Assembly: GCA_965222525.1 (NCBI GenBank)
Contig: OZ244955.1
Location: 1,345,893 to 1,409,892 of the forward strand
Source: Rickettsiales bacterium
GTDB lineage: Bacteria; Pseudomonadota; Alphaproteobacteria; Rickettsiales; UBA8987
Direction: 5' to 3'
Length of the DNA stretch: 64,000 nucleotides
Part shown: positions 36,963-45,852 of the stretch, piece after piece
Position numbering within the stretch: position 1 is the stretch's first letter
How the letters are laid out: each line of letters begins with the position of its first letter
Program-made: the position numbers and the translations under genes
The notes under the pieces: generated by a model
The model's database searches: none
Told to the model about the DNA's origin: nothing
Seen by the model: only the letters and a program-made list of their open reading frames with translations

Positions 36963-37767
36963 CCCCGACTATAAACAGCCCAAGTTTATCTGCGGTTTTT
37001 ATAACCTCCGGCCGGTTAATCACCAGCGCACCACCTGCCTCCACCGCAATTCCTCTTAGCCCCGACTGATGGGCGTTTTCAATGGTTTGCACGCCGATGC
37101 TGGGTAAATCCACCCTTGAATCCTGATGCGGCTTCTTAACCTTTACCAGAATACCACCAGCTCCCTCATTATGTAGCTCTTTGCAGCGCATGATAAGCCG
37201 GTCAGTGCCTTCCGCTCCCTCAACTCCTAGAATACGGCCATCCTGCACTATAACCGCCTGTCCTATATCCAGCTTGCCGGTTTCCTGCGCAGCGTGGACA
37301 CCAATCCTGATATCATTCAGTGCAGTTTTATCCGGCTTTACAGCCCCCAGCACACCTTCGGTTATAAGCAGGTTTTCCAATAGCTTATCTACTCCCGTAA
37401 TTGTAAATCCCTGTTCTTCAAGGAAGGTGATTATGGTTGAAAAAATAGAGTTGTCGCCGCTGGAAGGTAGTTTGCGCAGGCGGTTCAGCAATTTCATCCC
37501 GCCTGCATCCAGTTTCAGTGAGGACAGGGTAGGGCGGCTAACACCTCCGGCCAGGACAACCTCATTTACCTTCTGATTTTTCAGGGTTTTTACTATTCCG
37601 CCGACTTTGCCGATATTCATCCATTTATGTTCACTATTACTAACCGCCTGCTCCTGTGCGAAATTCTCCAGCGCAATCACAAACAAATCACGACCGGATT
37701 GTGTGCATTCCTGCACTATCATCTCCGGCAATTCACCGCTACCGGCAATCATTCCAAGTTTAGTCAT
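36949..37767 (-). CDS. lpxI: UDP-2,3-diacylglucosamine pyrophosphatase LpxI
   Basis: 'LGMIAGSGELP', 'GAEGTDRLIMRC' and 'LVKVKKPHQDSRVDLPSIG' are DUF1009/LpxI motifs. It lies directly downstream of lpxA, starting at ATG 37767. Confidence 0.85.
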   Translation of the reverse strand: MTKLGMIAGSGELPEMIVQECTQSGRDLFVIALENFAQEQAVSNSEHKWMNIGKVGGIVKTLKNQKVNEVVLAGGVSRPTLSSLKLDAGGMKLLNRLRKLPSSGDNSIFSTIITFLEEQGFTITGVDKLLENLLITEGVLGAVKPDKTALNDIRIGVHAAQETGKLDIGQAVIVQDGRILGVEGAEGTDRLIMRCKELHNEGAGGILVKVKKPHQDSRVDLPSIGVQTIENAHQSGLRGIAVEAGGALVINRPEVIKTADKLGLFIVGVTPG

Positions 37768-37771
37768 TTCT

Positions 37772-38569
37772 TCAGGCGACTTTAATATTTTTTGGCTGGC
37801 AAAGTGCCCTTGAGCTGTCTGCACGGATAAACTCCACTATTTCGGTTACCACTTCATTGTCACCAAATAATTCCACGACATCTTCCAGACGTTCCTCCAG
37901 CGTACCCTCCGCAGAGAAAAGCATACGGTAGGCCGCACGCAAATCATGAATATCCTTGCGGCTGAAATTACGTCGCCGCAGGCCGGTCAGGTTCAGTCCG
38001 GCAAGGTTCGCCCGCTCGCCCATAGCCGAGGTATATGGCGCAACATCATTCTCAATCCCGCTCATCCCGCCAATCATGGCGTGCTGGCCAATACGCACGA
38101 ATTGATGTACCGCCGAAAGCCCACCGATAATCGCAAAATCCCCGACCGTAACATGTCCTGCAAGCGTAGCGTTATTAGCCAGGATAACATAATTGCCGAT
38201 TATACAATCATGTGCAACATGCGAGCCGATCATAAACAGGCAGTCATCACCGATAATCGTGCGCATACCACCGCCTTCAGTGCCGGGATTCATCGTTACA
38301 TATTCACGTATCCTGTTATTCCGACCGATTTCCAGTGTGGACTCTTCGCCGTGGAACTTCAAATCCTGCGGATTGTGCCCGATTGAGGCGAAAGGGTATA
38401 TATGCGTTCCCTCGCCAATCGTAGTATTGCCGGTGATAACCACATGTGATTCCAGCTTTACCCCCGCCGCAAGCTTAACATTCCCGCTCAGATGGCAATA
38501 CGCCCCCACCGACACATCATCAGCAAGCTGCACACTATCCTCAATTATCGCTGTAGAATGTATTTTCAT
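37772..38569 (-). CDS. lpxA: Acyl-ACP--UDP-N-acetylglucosamine O-acyltransferase
   Basis: N-terminal hexapeptide repeats, then the helical C-terminal domain 'GLNLTGLRRRNFS..I..L..AYR.LF'. Confidence 0.92.
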   Translation of the reverse strand: MKIHSTAIIEDSVQLADDVSVGAYCHLSGNVKLAAGVKLESHVVITGNTTIGEGTHIYPFASIGHNPQDLKFHGEESTLEIGRNNRIREYVTMNPGTEGGGMRTIIGDDCLFMIGSHVAHDCIIGNYVILANNATLAGHVTVGDFAIIGGLSAVHQFVRIGQHAMIGGMSGIENDVAPYTSAMGERANLAGLNLTGLRRRNFSRKDIHDLRAAYRMLFSAEGTLEERLEDVVELFGDNEVVTEIVEFIRADSSRALCQPKNIKVA

Positions 38570-38602
38570 TATAGTTAGTGTTGGAATTCAGGTGCGTTGT
38601 TT

Positions 38603-39910
38603 CTAACGGCCTATGGAAATGTAGGTAAAACCTTTACTCTCCATTAATTCGCGGGAGTAAAGATTGCGCAGATCCACTACTATTGGTGACTTCATCAAAT
38701 CCTTGGAACGTACCAGATCGAGATTCCTAAAATCATCCCACTCCGTAATAATAACAGTGATATCCACATTTTGCATGGCTTCATAAGCGTCTTTGCACCA
38801 GCTCACTCCCTTGATATTGAATAATTCCTGCGCCTGCTCCATCGCTTCCGGATCGTATGCGCGTAGTTTGGCGCCAGCCTTGTCCAGCTCGGACATAATC
38901 ACCAGCGCAGGACTCTCGCGCATATCATCGGTATTCGCCTTGAAAGCCAGACCCAGAATTGCAACTACTTTGCCTTCCAGATTACCGCCGCTCGCGTCGA
39001 TAATCTTGCGTACCATATTCAATTTGCGGGTATCATTGCTTTCAATGACTGATTCAACAATGCGGGTCTGGGTACCAGCGCCACGGGCTATCTTGCGCAG
39101 GGCAAGGGTATCCTTGGGAAAGCAGGAGCCGCCATATCCAGGGCCGGGCATAAGGTAATTGCTGCCGATGCGGTGGTCAGTGCCCATACCTAAAGCAACC
39201 TGTTCAATATTTGCTCCAACATGCTCACAAATATCAGCAATTTCATTTATAAGTGCAATTTTGGTGGCCAGAAAAGCGTTAGCGGCATATTTGGTAAGTT
39301 CAGCAGTTTTTACGTCAACCCATAAAACGGGAACATCTTTATTTATCAGAGGCTTGTATATAACTTCTAATGTCCTGCGTGCGGTATCGGAGTCTGTGCC
39401 GACAATAACCCGATCCGGCTCAAGGAAATCCTTAACCGCGCAGCCCTCCCGCAAAAACTCTGGATTAGAAGCAACATCAAACTTTAATTCAGGTCGAATT
39501 TCGCTGATTATAGAACGCACCCTGTCTCCGGTACCTACCGGAACTGTTGACTTAGTTACAACAACTGCACCATCTTCTAGAAATCCAACTATATCACGCG
39601 CAGCACCATACACATAGGATAAATCTGCACCTCCAGCATAACCATCTGGCGGTGTACCAACCGCAATAAACACCGCGTCGGCGTTACGTACGGAGTTCTC
39701 AAGGCTGGTTTCGAATTGCAACCTGCCGGTATCAACATTTGTTTTTACAACTTTTTCCAGCCCAGGTTCAAATATAGGAATTTTACCTTTATGCAGTGCT
39801 TTTATTTTGTTCTTGTCTTTATCTATACAAGTAACGTTAAGCCCCAGCTCGGCAAAACAAGCCCCGCTTACCAGCCCTACATACCCCGTCCCGATTATCG
39901 CTATTTTCAT
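38603..39910 (-). CDS. ugd: UDP-glucose 6-dehydrogenase
   Basis: 'MKIAIIGTGYVGLVSG', 'GGSCFPKD' and 'AFKANTDDMRESPA'. Confidence 0.93.
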   Translation of the reverse strand: MKIAIIGTGYVGLVSGACFAELGLNVTCIDKDKNKIKALHKGKIPIFEPGLEKVVKTNVDTGRLQFETSLENSVRNADAVFIAVGTPPDGYAGGADLSYVYGAARDIVGFLEDGAVVVTKSTVPVGTGDRVRSIISEIRPELKFDVASNPEFLREGCAVKDFLEPDRVIVGTDSDTARRTLEVIYKPLINKDVPVLWVDVKTAELTKYAANAFLATKIALINEIADICEHVGANIEQVALGMGTDHRIGSNYLMPGPGYGGSCFPKDTLALRKIARGAGTQTRIVESVIESNDTRKLNMVRKIIDASGGNLEGKVVAILGLAFKANTDDMRESPALVIMSELDKAGAKLRAYDPEAMEQAQELFNIKGVSWCKDAYEAMQNVDITVIITEWDDFRNLDLVRSKDLMKSPIVVDLRNLYSRELMESKGFTYISIGR

Positions 39911-40016
39911 ATGTTTTTTGTGTTAGTGATGATGTTATTCCAGAAGCTATATTTTTTCTGCATCTATTGATGCAGTTGAGAAAAATAAGCTATGTGGGAT
40001 CCAGATGATGGTATAT

Positions 40017-40102
40017 GTCATCCTGAATTTATTTCAGGATCCATTTATCAGCAAGCTCCACAGTAAATGGAGGAATGGATGCTGAAACAAGTTCAGCATG
40101 AC
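40017..40102. repeat. Family C double-hairpin element, copy 2
   Basis: GTCATCCTGAATTTATTTCAGGATCCATTT ... AATGGATGCTGAAACAAGTTCAGCATGAC. Confidence 0.85.
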
Positions 40103-40188
40103 AACTAACTGGATTCCACATTGTAAGACTCCTGACGAAATTAAAGATTTCTACTTGTCTAATGTCTGGAATGACATATTTAACAATC

Positions 40189-41073
40189 TCAAGCAAACCC
40201 CTTCAGCATCTCCTGAACTCCGGAGCGCATATCATCATGCTCCAAAGCAAAGGCAATATTAGCCTCAAGAAAGCCAACACGATTACCGCAATCATAACGC
40301 CGCCCGTTAAATTTTACCCCGTATGTATCCACATCCACTGCCATAGCTGCAATTGCGTCGGTGAGCTGAATCTCGTCACTAGCACCCTTTTTGCCCTTCT
40401 CCAAATGCGCAAACACCTCCGGCTGCAATATGTAGCGACCGGTGATGGATAAATTGGAAGGTGCGTCCTCCGGTGCAGGCTTCTCCACCATTCCCTTAAC
40501 CTTAACCACATCACCATCCGACACCCCATCCGGATCAACTATCCCGTATTTATGCGTATTTTCAGGCGAAACTTCTGCTACACTTAACACATTTCCCCCA
40601 AGGTTGTTGTAAACATCAACCATCTCCTGCGTTGGGGAACGCTTGTCGATGAACATTTCATCCGCCAGTAATACCGCAAATGGCTCATCCCCAATAAAGT
40701 GCCGTGCGCAATATACCGCATGCCCTAGCCCAAGCGGATATTGCTGTCTGGTGAAGGCTATACTACCCGGCTCCGGCACCCAGTCCCTAGTACGCTCAAG
40801 GAAATCATGCTTTTCATCTTCACTCAAAACTGCCTGCAATTCATAAGCATGGTCGAAATGGTTGTTAATCGCCGCCTTGTTGCGCCCTGTCACAAAAATA
40901 AACTGCTCTATGCCGGCACTCCGTGCTTCTTCAAAAGCGTATTGAATAAGCGGTTTATCAACCACCGGCAGCATTTCCTTCGGCACCACCTTGGTAGCTG
41001 GCAGAAACCGAGTGCCCAGACCGCCAACCGGAAACACCGCTTTCTTTACAGATTTTTTATCTTTGTCACTCAT
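40189..41073 (-). CDS. galU: UTP--glucose-1-phosphate uridylyltransferase
   Basis: 'AVFPVGGLGTRFLPATK..PKEMLPVVDKPLIQY' and 'VEKP'. Confidence 0.93.
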   Translation of the reverse strand: MSDKDKKSVKKAVFPVGGLGTRFLPATKVVPKEMLPVVDKPLIQYAFEEARSAGIEQFIFVTGRNKAAINNHFDHAYELQAVLSEDEKHDFLERTRDWVPEPGSIAFTRQQYPLGLGHAVYCARHFIGDEPFAVLLADEMFIDKRSPTQEMVDVYNNLGGNVLSVAEVSPENTHKYGIVDPDGVSDGDVVKVKGMVEKPAPEDAPSNLSITGRYILQPEVFAHLEKGKKGASDEIQLTDAIAAMAVDVDTYGVKFNGRRYDCGNRVGFLEANIAFALEHDDMRSGVQEMLKGFA

Positions 41074-41220
41074 AACTTACTCTTCTACACATGGATAGTA
41101 ATTTTTTCAAGCCAATATTCAATCGAACTGTTGCGATAAAGCAACTTGATAAAGGGTGCCTTAAATATATATACTCCTCGCTTGGTTTCATGGGGGGCGT
41201 AACCTGACAAGGAGAGCGTA

Positions 41221-42540
41221 ATGCCAAAAGCAAAGAAGACCACCGCTAAATCTACCAAATCTACGGCTAAAAAGTCTGCTGATCAGCAGGCAAATATTGT
41301 TGAACTGGTTCCAGAAGAGTCCGAGGTTTCACGTAAAACCAGGGCTTTCAGGGAGAAACTTAATGCAGCCCTTACTGTTCAGCCGCAGGAGATGGTCAGT
41401 GTCACCGAAACGCTTGGCCGTGTGCTGGCGGATGATGTGCGGGCGCGGGCGACCTCGCCATGCTGGGATATCGCGGCAGTGGATGGGTATGCGGTGCGCA
41501 CAGCGGATTTAATGCAGACTCCTGCCACACTTGAGCGCATTGGTGAGTCACGTGCCAGCAGCCAGTTTCACGATGAGGTGCGTGCAGGACAGGCGGTGAA
41601 GATATTTGCCGGAGCGCCTATTCCGGTTGGTGCCGATGCGGTGGTACCGATGAATAATATGGATGAGTTTGGCGGTCATGTTACGATAAACGAGCAGGCA
41701 TGGCACGGTGAAAATATATGTTCCAAGGGTATCGATTTTTCGGAAGGGGAGAGTGTATTGAAGGCCGGTTCGGTGGTGACCGCGCGTGATATAGGGCTGG
41801 CGGCATCAATGAAGGTTTCATGGTTTCCGGTAAGGCGCAAGCCAAGGATAGCCCTGTTTGCAATTGGTGATGAGCTGGCTATGCTTGGTGATGCCAATGA
41901 CGGTGGTCGGGTAAATTCTTCCTCTTCCCTGGTTTTGAGTGCATTTATTACTGCCTGTGGGGCTACACCTGTCAATCTGGGGATTGCCAGCGACTCCGCT
42001 GCTTCGGTAAAGCGCCTGTCCTCGGCTGCCAAGGGTGCTGATTTGCTGGTAACAACCGGCGGGGTATCCGAATCGGCTGATAATTTACTGAAGAAAGAGC
42101 TGGCTAGTACTAAAAACAGCAAACTTGAGGAAATCAGCCTGAAGCTTAGTAAGGAAGAACATGTCGTGTTTGGCAGCAAATTCGGGATGCCGGTGCTGGC
42201 ACTACCGGGGAACCCGATGTCAGCACAAATTTGTGCGGCACTGTTCCTGCGTACGGCAATTGAGAAAATGCTTGATATGTGTGAGCAGTTTTATAAGAAA
42301 TCACATGCGGTTCTGGGGCGGCAGCTCGATTGTAACGATGTGAAGATGGATTATATTTTTGCCAAGCTGATGGAGGATAATAGTAAGCGCCTGGTTGCCG
42401 ATCCTGCCTCCTCGCAGGACAGGATGCTTATGTCTGCGCTCGCTGAGGCAGACTGTCTGGTTACCGTTGATCAGGATAATATCTTCCATGGCGATCCTGT
42501 CGAAATCACCCGCTTTACCTGCTCAGTGGTGAGTGGTTAG
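41221..42540 (+). CDS. moeA: MoeA-family molybdopterin molybdenumtransferase with a Lys-rich N-terminal extension
   Basis: 'AAVDGYAVR', 'GAPIPVGADAVVPMN', 'GDEL' and 'LLVTTGGVSE'. The N-terminus is 'MPKAKKTTAKSTKSTAKKSA'. Confidence 0.82.
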   Translation: MPKAKKTTAKSTKSTAKKSADQQANIVELVPEESEVSRKTRAFREKLNAALTVQPQEMVSVTETLGRVLADDVRARATSPCWDIAAVDGYAVRTADLMQTPATLERIGESRASSQFHDEVRAGQAVKIFAGAPIPVGADAVVPMNNMDEFGGHVTINEQAWHGENICSKGIDFSEGESVLKAGSVVTARDIGLAASMKVSWFPVRRKPRIALFAIGDELAMLGDANDGGRVNSSSSLVLSAFITACGATPVNLGIASDSAASVKRLSSAAKGADLLVTTGGVSESADNLLKKELASTKNSKLEEISLKLSKEEHVVFGSKFGMPVLALPGNPMSAQICAALFLRTAIEKMLDMCEQFYKKSHAVLGRQLDCNDVKMDYIFAKLMEDNSKRLVADPASSQDRMLMSALAEADCLVTVDQDNIFHGDPVEITRFTCSVVSG

Positions 42541-42718
42541 ACTTTGAAGTAGCTATATTTTAATAGTTTAAGCGGTAATGCTGACTCGCTCGTTCATATA
42601 ACATAAGAGTTCCTGCAAGACCTGTTTGATTCTGCAAAGAAAGAAAATTGTTTGGGAGGGTTTCTGGCATCATTATCCACCTTGACACCACCTTTTCACA
42701 ATATCATAAAGGTATCTC

Positions 42719-44020
42719 ATGAGCGAGTTTTTTCAGAAGATCAGCGGTACATTCTTGGAATGGATGGAGAAATTGCAGCAAACCGTATCCGACCCGAACA
42801 GCTATATGCAGGCAGGGGTAATATTTATCGCCATTGTGTTGGCTATGGCGATTGCCTCTTTTATCAGGAAAAATATTTCATTCTTCAATCCCGATAACAC
42901 TGAAAATAAAAGCAAAAAATATAGCCTGCGCTGGTTGCTGTATCGTACGGGGCAGATTGCCTGCCCGATACTGGCGCTGATTACGCTTGGTATTGGCAGT
43001 AAAATTTCTACAGCACTTTTCGGTCAGTCAACAGTGGTGGATGCCGCCACCCGACTGGCTTTTATATATCTGCTGTGGGTGGTTCTAAGGTCTTATGTCA
43101 CACAGCCGCTTATACGTACTATCGGGCTGTGGATACTGATTCCGGCAGCATTACTGCATCTGTTCGGTCAGCTTGTACCAACGCTTGAATACCTCGATAC
43201 CCTTACAATCAGCCTGGGGAGTGTTTCCTTTTCCGTCCTGCGGATTATTAATACTATCTTTGCGGCGGTATTCCTGTTCTGGCTGGGGCGTATATCCAAT
43301 TATTCAGGACAGAATTATATCCGCTCCCGTGAGTCAATCGAGGTGTCTACCCGTGAGTTGTTCGCCAAGCTGTTTGAATTTACCGTATATGTGGTAATTG
43401 CCCTTTTGCTGTTCAAGACTATAGGACTGGATTTGTCTACACTGGCGGTATTCGGTGGAGCGCTTGGTGTCGGGCTGGGTTTCGGATTGCAGAAAATCGC
43501 ATCCAACTTTATCAGCGGGGTTATATTGCTGCTGGAAAAGAGTGTGCGGGTCGGGGATGTGGTCGAGCTGGATGACGGTACATTCGGGGTTATGCAGATG
43601 CTGGGGGCAAGAGCCAGTGTCATCAAAACTTATGACGGTAAGGAAGTGATGATTCCCAATGAGGATTTTATCGTATCAAGGGTAACCAATTACAGTCATA
43701 CCGATATGCTGGTGCGCCATGAAATTCCATTTGGCGTGTCGTATAATACCGACCTGCATATCGTCCCGCCGACTATTGAAGCGGCAGTCTCTAAGCACAG
43801 GCAGGTGTTGCAGGAACCTGAGAAAGTCGATTGCGAATTACAGGAGTTCGGTGATAGCTCGGTGAATTTCACCGTGGAGTTCTGGGTCGAAGGGATAAAT
43901 GACGGTGAGAACCGCTTTATCAGCGAAATTATGTTCCTGATATGGGATGCGCTGAAAGAAAACAATATCGAAATCCCCTTCCCGCAAAGGGATATCCATA
44001 TCAAGTCGCAGCCATCCTGA
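42719..44020 (+). CDS. Mechanosensitive ion channel family protein (MscS-like, extended N-terminal TM region)
   Basis: Multiple TM segments, then 'ASNFISGVILLLEKSVRVGDVVELDD' and 'VMIPNEDFIVSRVTNYS'. Confidence 0.85.
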   Translation: MSEFFQKISGTFLEWMEKLQQTVSDPNSYMQAGVIFIAIVLAMAIASFIRKNISFFNPDNTENKSKKYSLRWLLYRTGQIACPILALITLGIGSKISTALFGQSTVVDAATRLAFIYLLWVVLRSYVTQPLIRTIGLWILIPAALLHLFGQLVPTLEYLDTLTISLGSVSFSVLRIINTIFAAVFLFWLGRISNYSGQNYIRSRESIEVSTRELFAKLFEFTVYVVIALLLFKTIGLDLSTLAVFGGALGVGLGFGLQKIASNFISGVILLLEKSVRVGDVVELDDGTFGVMQMLGARASVIKTYDGKEVMIPNEDFIVSRVTNYSHTDMLVRHEIPFGVSYNTDLHIVPPTIEAAVSKHRQVLQEPEKVDCELQEFGDSSVNFTVEFWVEGINDGENRFISEIMFLIWDALKENNIEIPFPQRDIHIKSQPS

Positions 44021-44027
44021 ATATATT

Positions 44028-44336
44028 ATGTTTGACCTGTCATTTGCAGAGATTTTAATTATTGCGGTGGTGGCTTTGATAGTCATCAAGCCAGAGGATC
44101 TGCCGGAAATTATGGGGGCTATAGGACGGTTTATCAGGAAAATCAAAAAACTTTCGGCAGAATTTATGGCCATGTTTGAAGAGGCTGCCGGTGATACCAA
44201 GGATGGAGTAAAGGTTATTGCGAGTGATGTTGGTGAGGTAAATCGCGAGTTAAAACAAATCACCGATATGGATGGTAACCTCCGCGATACACATGATACC
44301 TCAGATTTAGCGGATTTGGATAGTAGCCGGAAGTAA
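44028..44336 (+). CDS. tatB: Twin-arginine translocase TatA/TatB-family protein (TatB-like)
   Basis: 'MFDLSFAEILIIAVVALIVIKPEDLPEIMGAIGRFIRK' matches the TatB N-terminal TM segment plus amphipathic helix. No tatA or tatC lies adjacent. Confidence 0.75.
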   Translation: MFDLSFAEILIIAVVALIVIKPEDLPEIMGAIGRFIRKIKKLSAEFMAMFEEAAGDTKDGVKVIASDVGEVNRELKQITDMDGNLRDTHDTSDLADLDSSRK

Positions 44337-44340
44337 GACA

Positions 44341-45852
44341 TTATGATGAATCAACTGCATCCTTTGCTTCTTCGGCGTCGTTGAAGTGGTGTTTTGTGGT
44401 GCCGAGTATCTGGTAGGTTTCGTGTCCCTTGCCGGCGAGTACCAGTACATCTCCCGCTTCCAGATTTTGTATGGCATGACGGATTGCCTCCCGACGGTCA
44501 CCGATTTCAGTGGCAGAGGGGCAGGCTTGCATGATTTCCGCACGAATAGGGGAGGGGGCTTCGGTGCGCGGATTATCATCGGTTATGATAATTTTATCCG
44601 CCAAGCGTTCAGCGATTTCTCCCATCTGCGGGCGCTTCCCCTTGTCGCGGTCACCGCCGCAGCCGAACATAACCACCAGATTATTTTCAGTATGCGGGCG
44701 CAGGGCAATCAGGATTTTCTCCAGCGCATCCGGTGTATGTGCGTAATCCACCAGAATAGGCGCACCGCAAGGATGTTCGGCCACTTTCTCCATTCTGCCG
44801 GGCACCGGGAGCAGCCCTTTACAAGCCTCTACCACTTCGTCCGCAGCAAAACCGCTGGCCACCACCATGCCAATCGCACATAAAACATTGTAAGACTGAA
44901 AACTTCCTATAAGAGAGGTGGTTATAGAATATTCCTTGTCTTTTGTCTTAAATATTATTTCCTGTCCTGAAGGGGAGGGGAGGGAGTCCAGTAATTGTAA
45001 ATCCATGCCCTGCTTGCCGTAGCTAACTATAGTGTGGTTGTGTTTCTCACAGCGTTTTTTTATTTCCGCAAATTCAGGAATGTCCGCATTAACAACTGCA
45101 ATACCGTTCTCCTTCATAACCTGTTCAAATAACAGCATTTTTGCATCGAAATAACGTTCATAACTACCGTGATAATCAAGGTGGTCACGGGAAATATTGG
45201 TAATCGCCGCAACTCCCACATCAAGCCCCGCCAGCCGAAACTGATCTAGCCCATGACTTGAAGCCTCCATAGCTAAATAATTGAAATTCCTTGTTTTAAG
45301 GTTGGATAATTTCTCGTGCAGAAATACCGGGTCGGGAGTAGTCAGGGTGTCGTCAGTCAAATCCTGTCCGGTCTTTTCAATAACTCCCAATGTGCCGATA
45401 CTCGCCGCGTTATGCCCAAGATTCTGCCATATCTGACGGCAGAAATTTACCACCGAAGTCTTGCCGTTAGTACCCGTCACCGCCGCGATATTATCCGGCT
45501 GTTGGCTATAGAATTCCGCGCATAAATGGCCGAATGCAAGCCGGGTATTATCATGCGTTATCAGCACAACATCATCGCCCCAGGATTTATCCGGCTTTAC
45601 ATCAAGCGAAGTTAATATAACCCGCGCGCCGCGGGCGATTGCATCATGTATGTAAAGCAGTCCGTTGGTGTTTGCACCGCGAATTGCGGCAAAGAGATAG
45701 CCTGGCTTGCATGTGCGCGAATCCAGGCTGAGTCCGGTGACTTCTATGTTTTCATAGTTGTCCGGAAGTTTCCCCGGAAGTTGAATCGCGCTGCTACCAT
45801 GAATCTTAACCTTAACGAGTTTCGACAGAAGCAAATTTCTGATCCTTTCCAA
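44341..45852 (-). CDS. murE: UDP-N-acetylmuramoyl-L-alanyl-D-glutamate--2,6-diaminopimelate ligase
   Basis: 'VTGTNGKTS', 'EASSHGL' and 'DNPR.E' motifs. It is the last gene of the dcw block here. Confidence 0.93.
   Translation of the reverse strand: MERIRNLLLSKLVKVKIHGSSAIQLPGKLPDNYENIEVTGLSLDSRTCKPGYLFAAIRGANTNGLLYIHDAIARGARVILTSLDVKPDKSWGDDVVLITHDNTRLAFGHLCAEFYSQQPDNIAAVTGTNGKTSVVNFCRQIWQNLGHNAASIGTLGVIEKTGQDLTDDTLTTPDPVFLHEKLSNLKTRNFNYLAMEASSHGLDQFRLAGLDVGVAAITNISRDHLDYHGSYERYFDAKMLLFEQVMKENGIAVVNADIPEFAEIKKRCEKHNHTIVSYGKQGMDLQLLDSLPSPSGQEIIFKTKDKEYSITTSLIGSFQSYNVLCAIGMVVASGFAADEVVEACKGLLPVPGRMEKVAEHPCGAPILVDYAHTPDALEKILIALRPHTENNLVVMFGCGGDRDKGKRPQMGEIAERLADKIIITDDNPRTEAPSPIRAEIMQACPSATEIGDRREAIRHAIQNLEAGDVLVLAGKGHETYQILGTTKHHFNDAEEAKDAVDSS

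Noticed and set aside
42673-42681. DnaA-box-like TTATCCACC, and the presence of recF and hdaA, considered as signs of a nearby replication origin
   Set aside because: I saw only a single 8-of-9 box, with no cluster of boxes, no AT-rich unwinding element next to it, and no dnaA or dnaN in the window.
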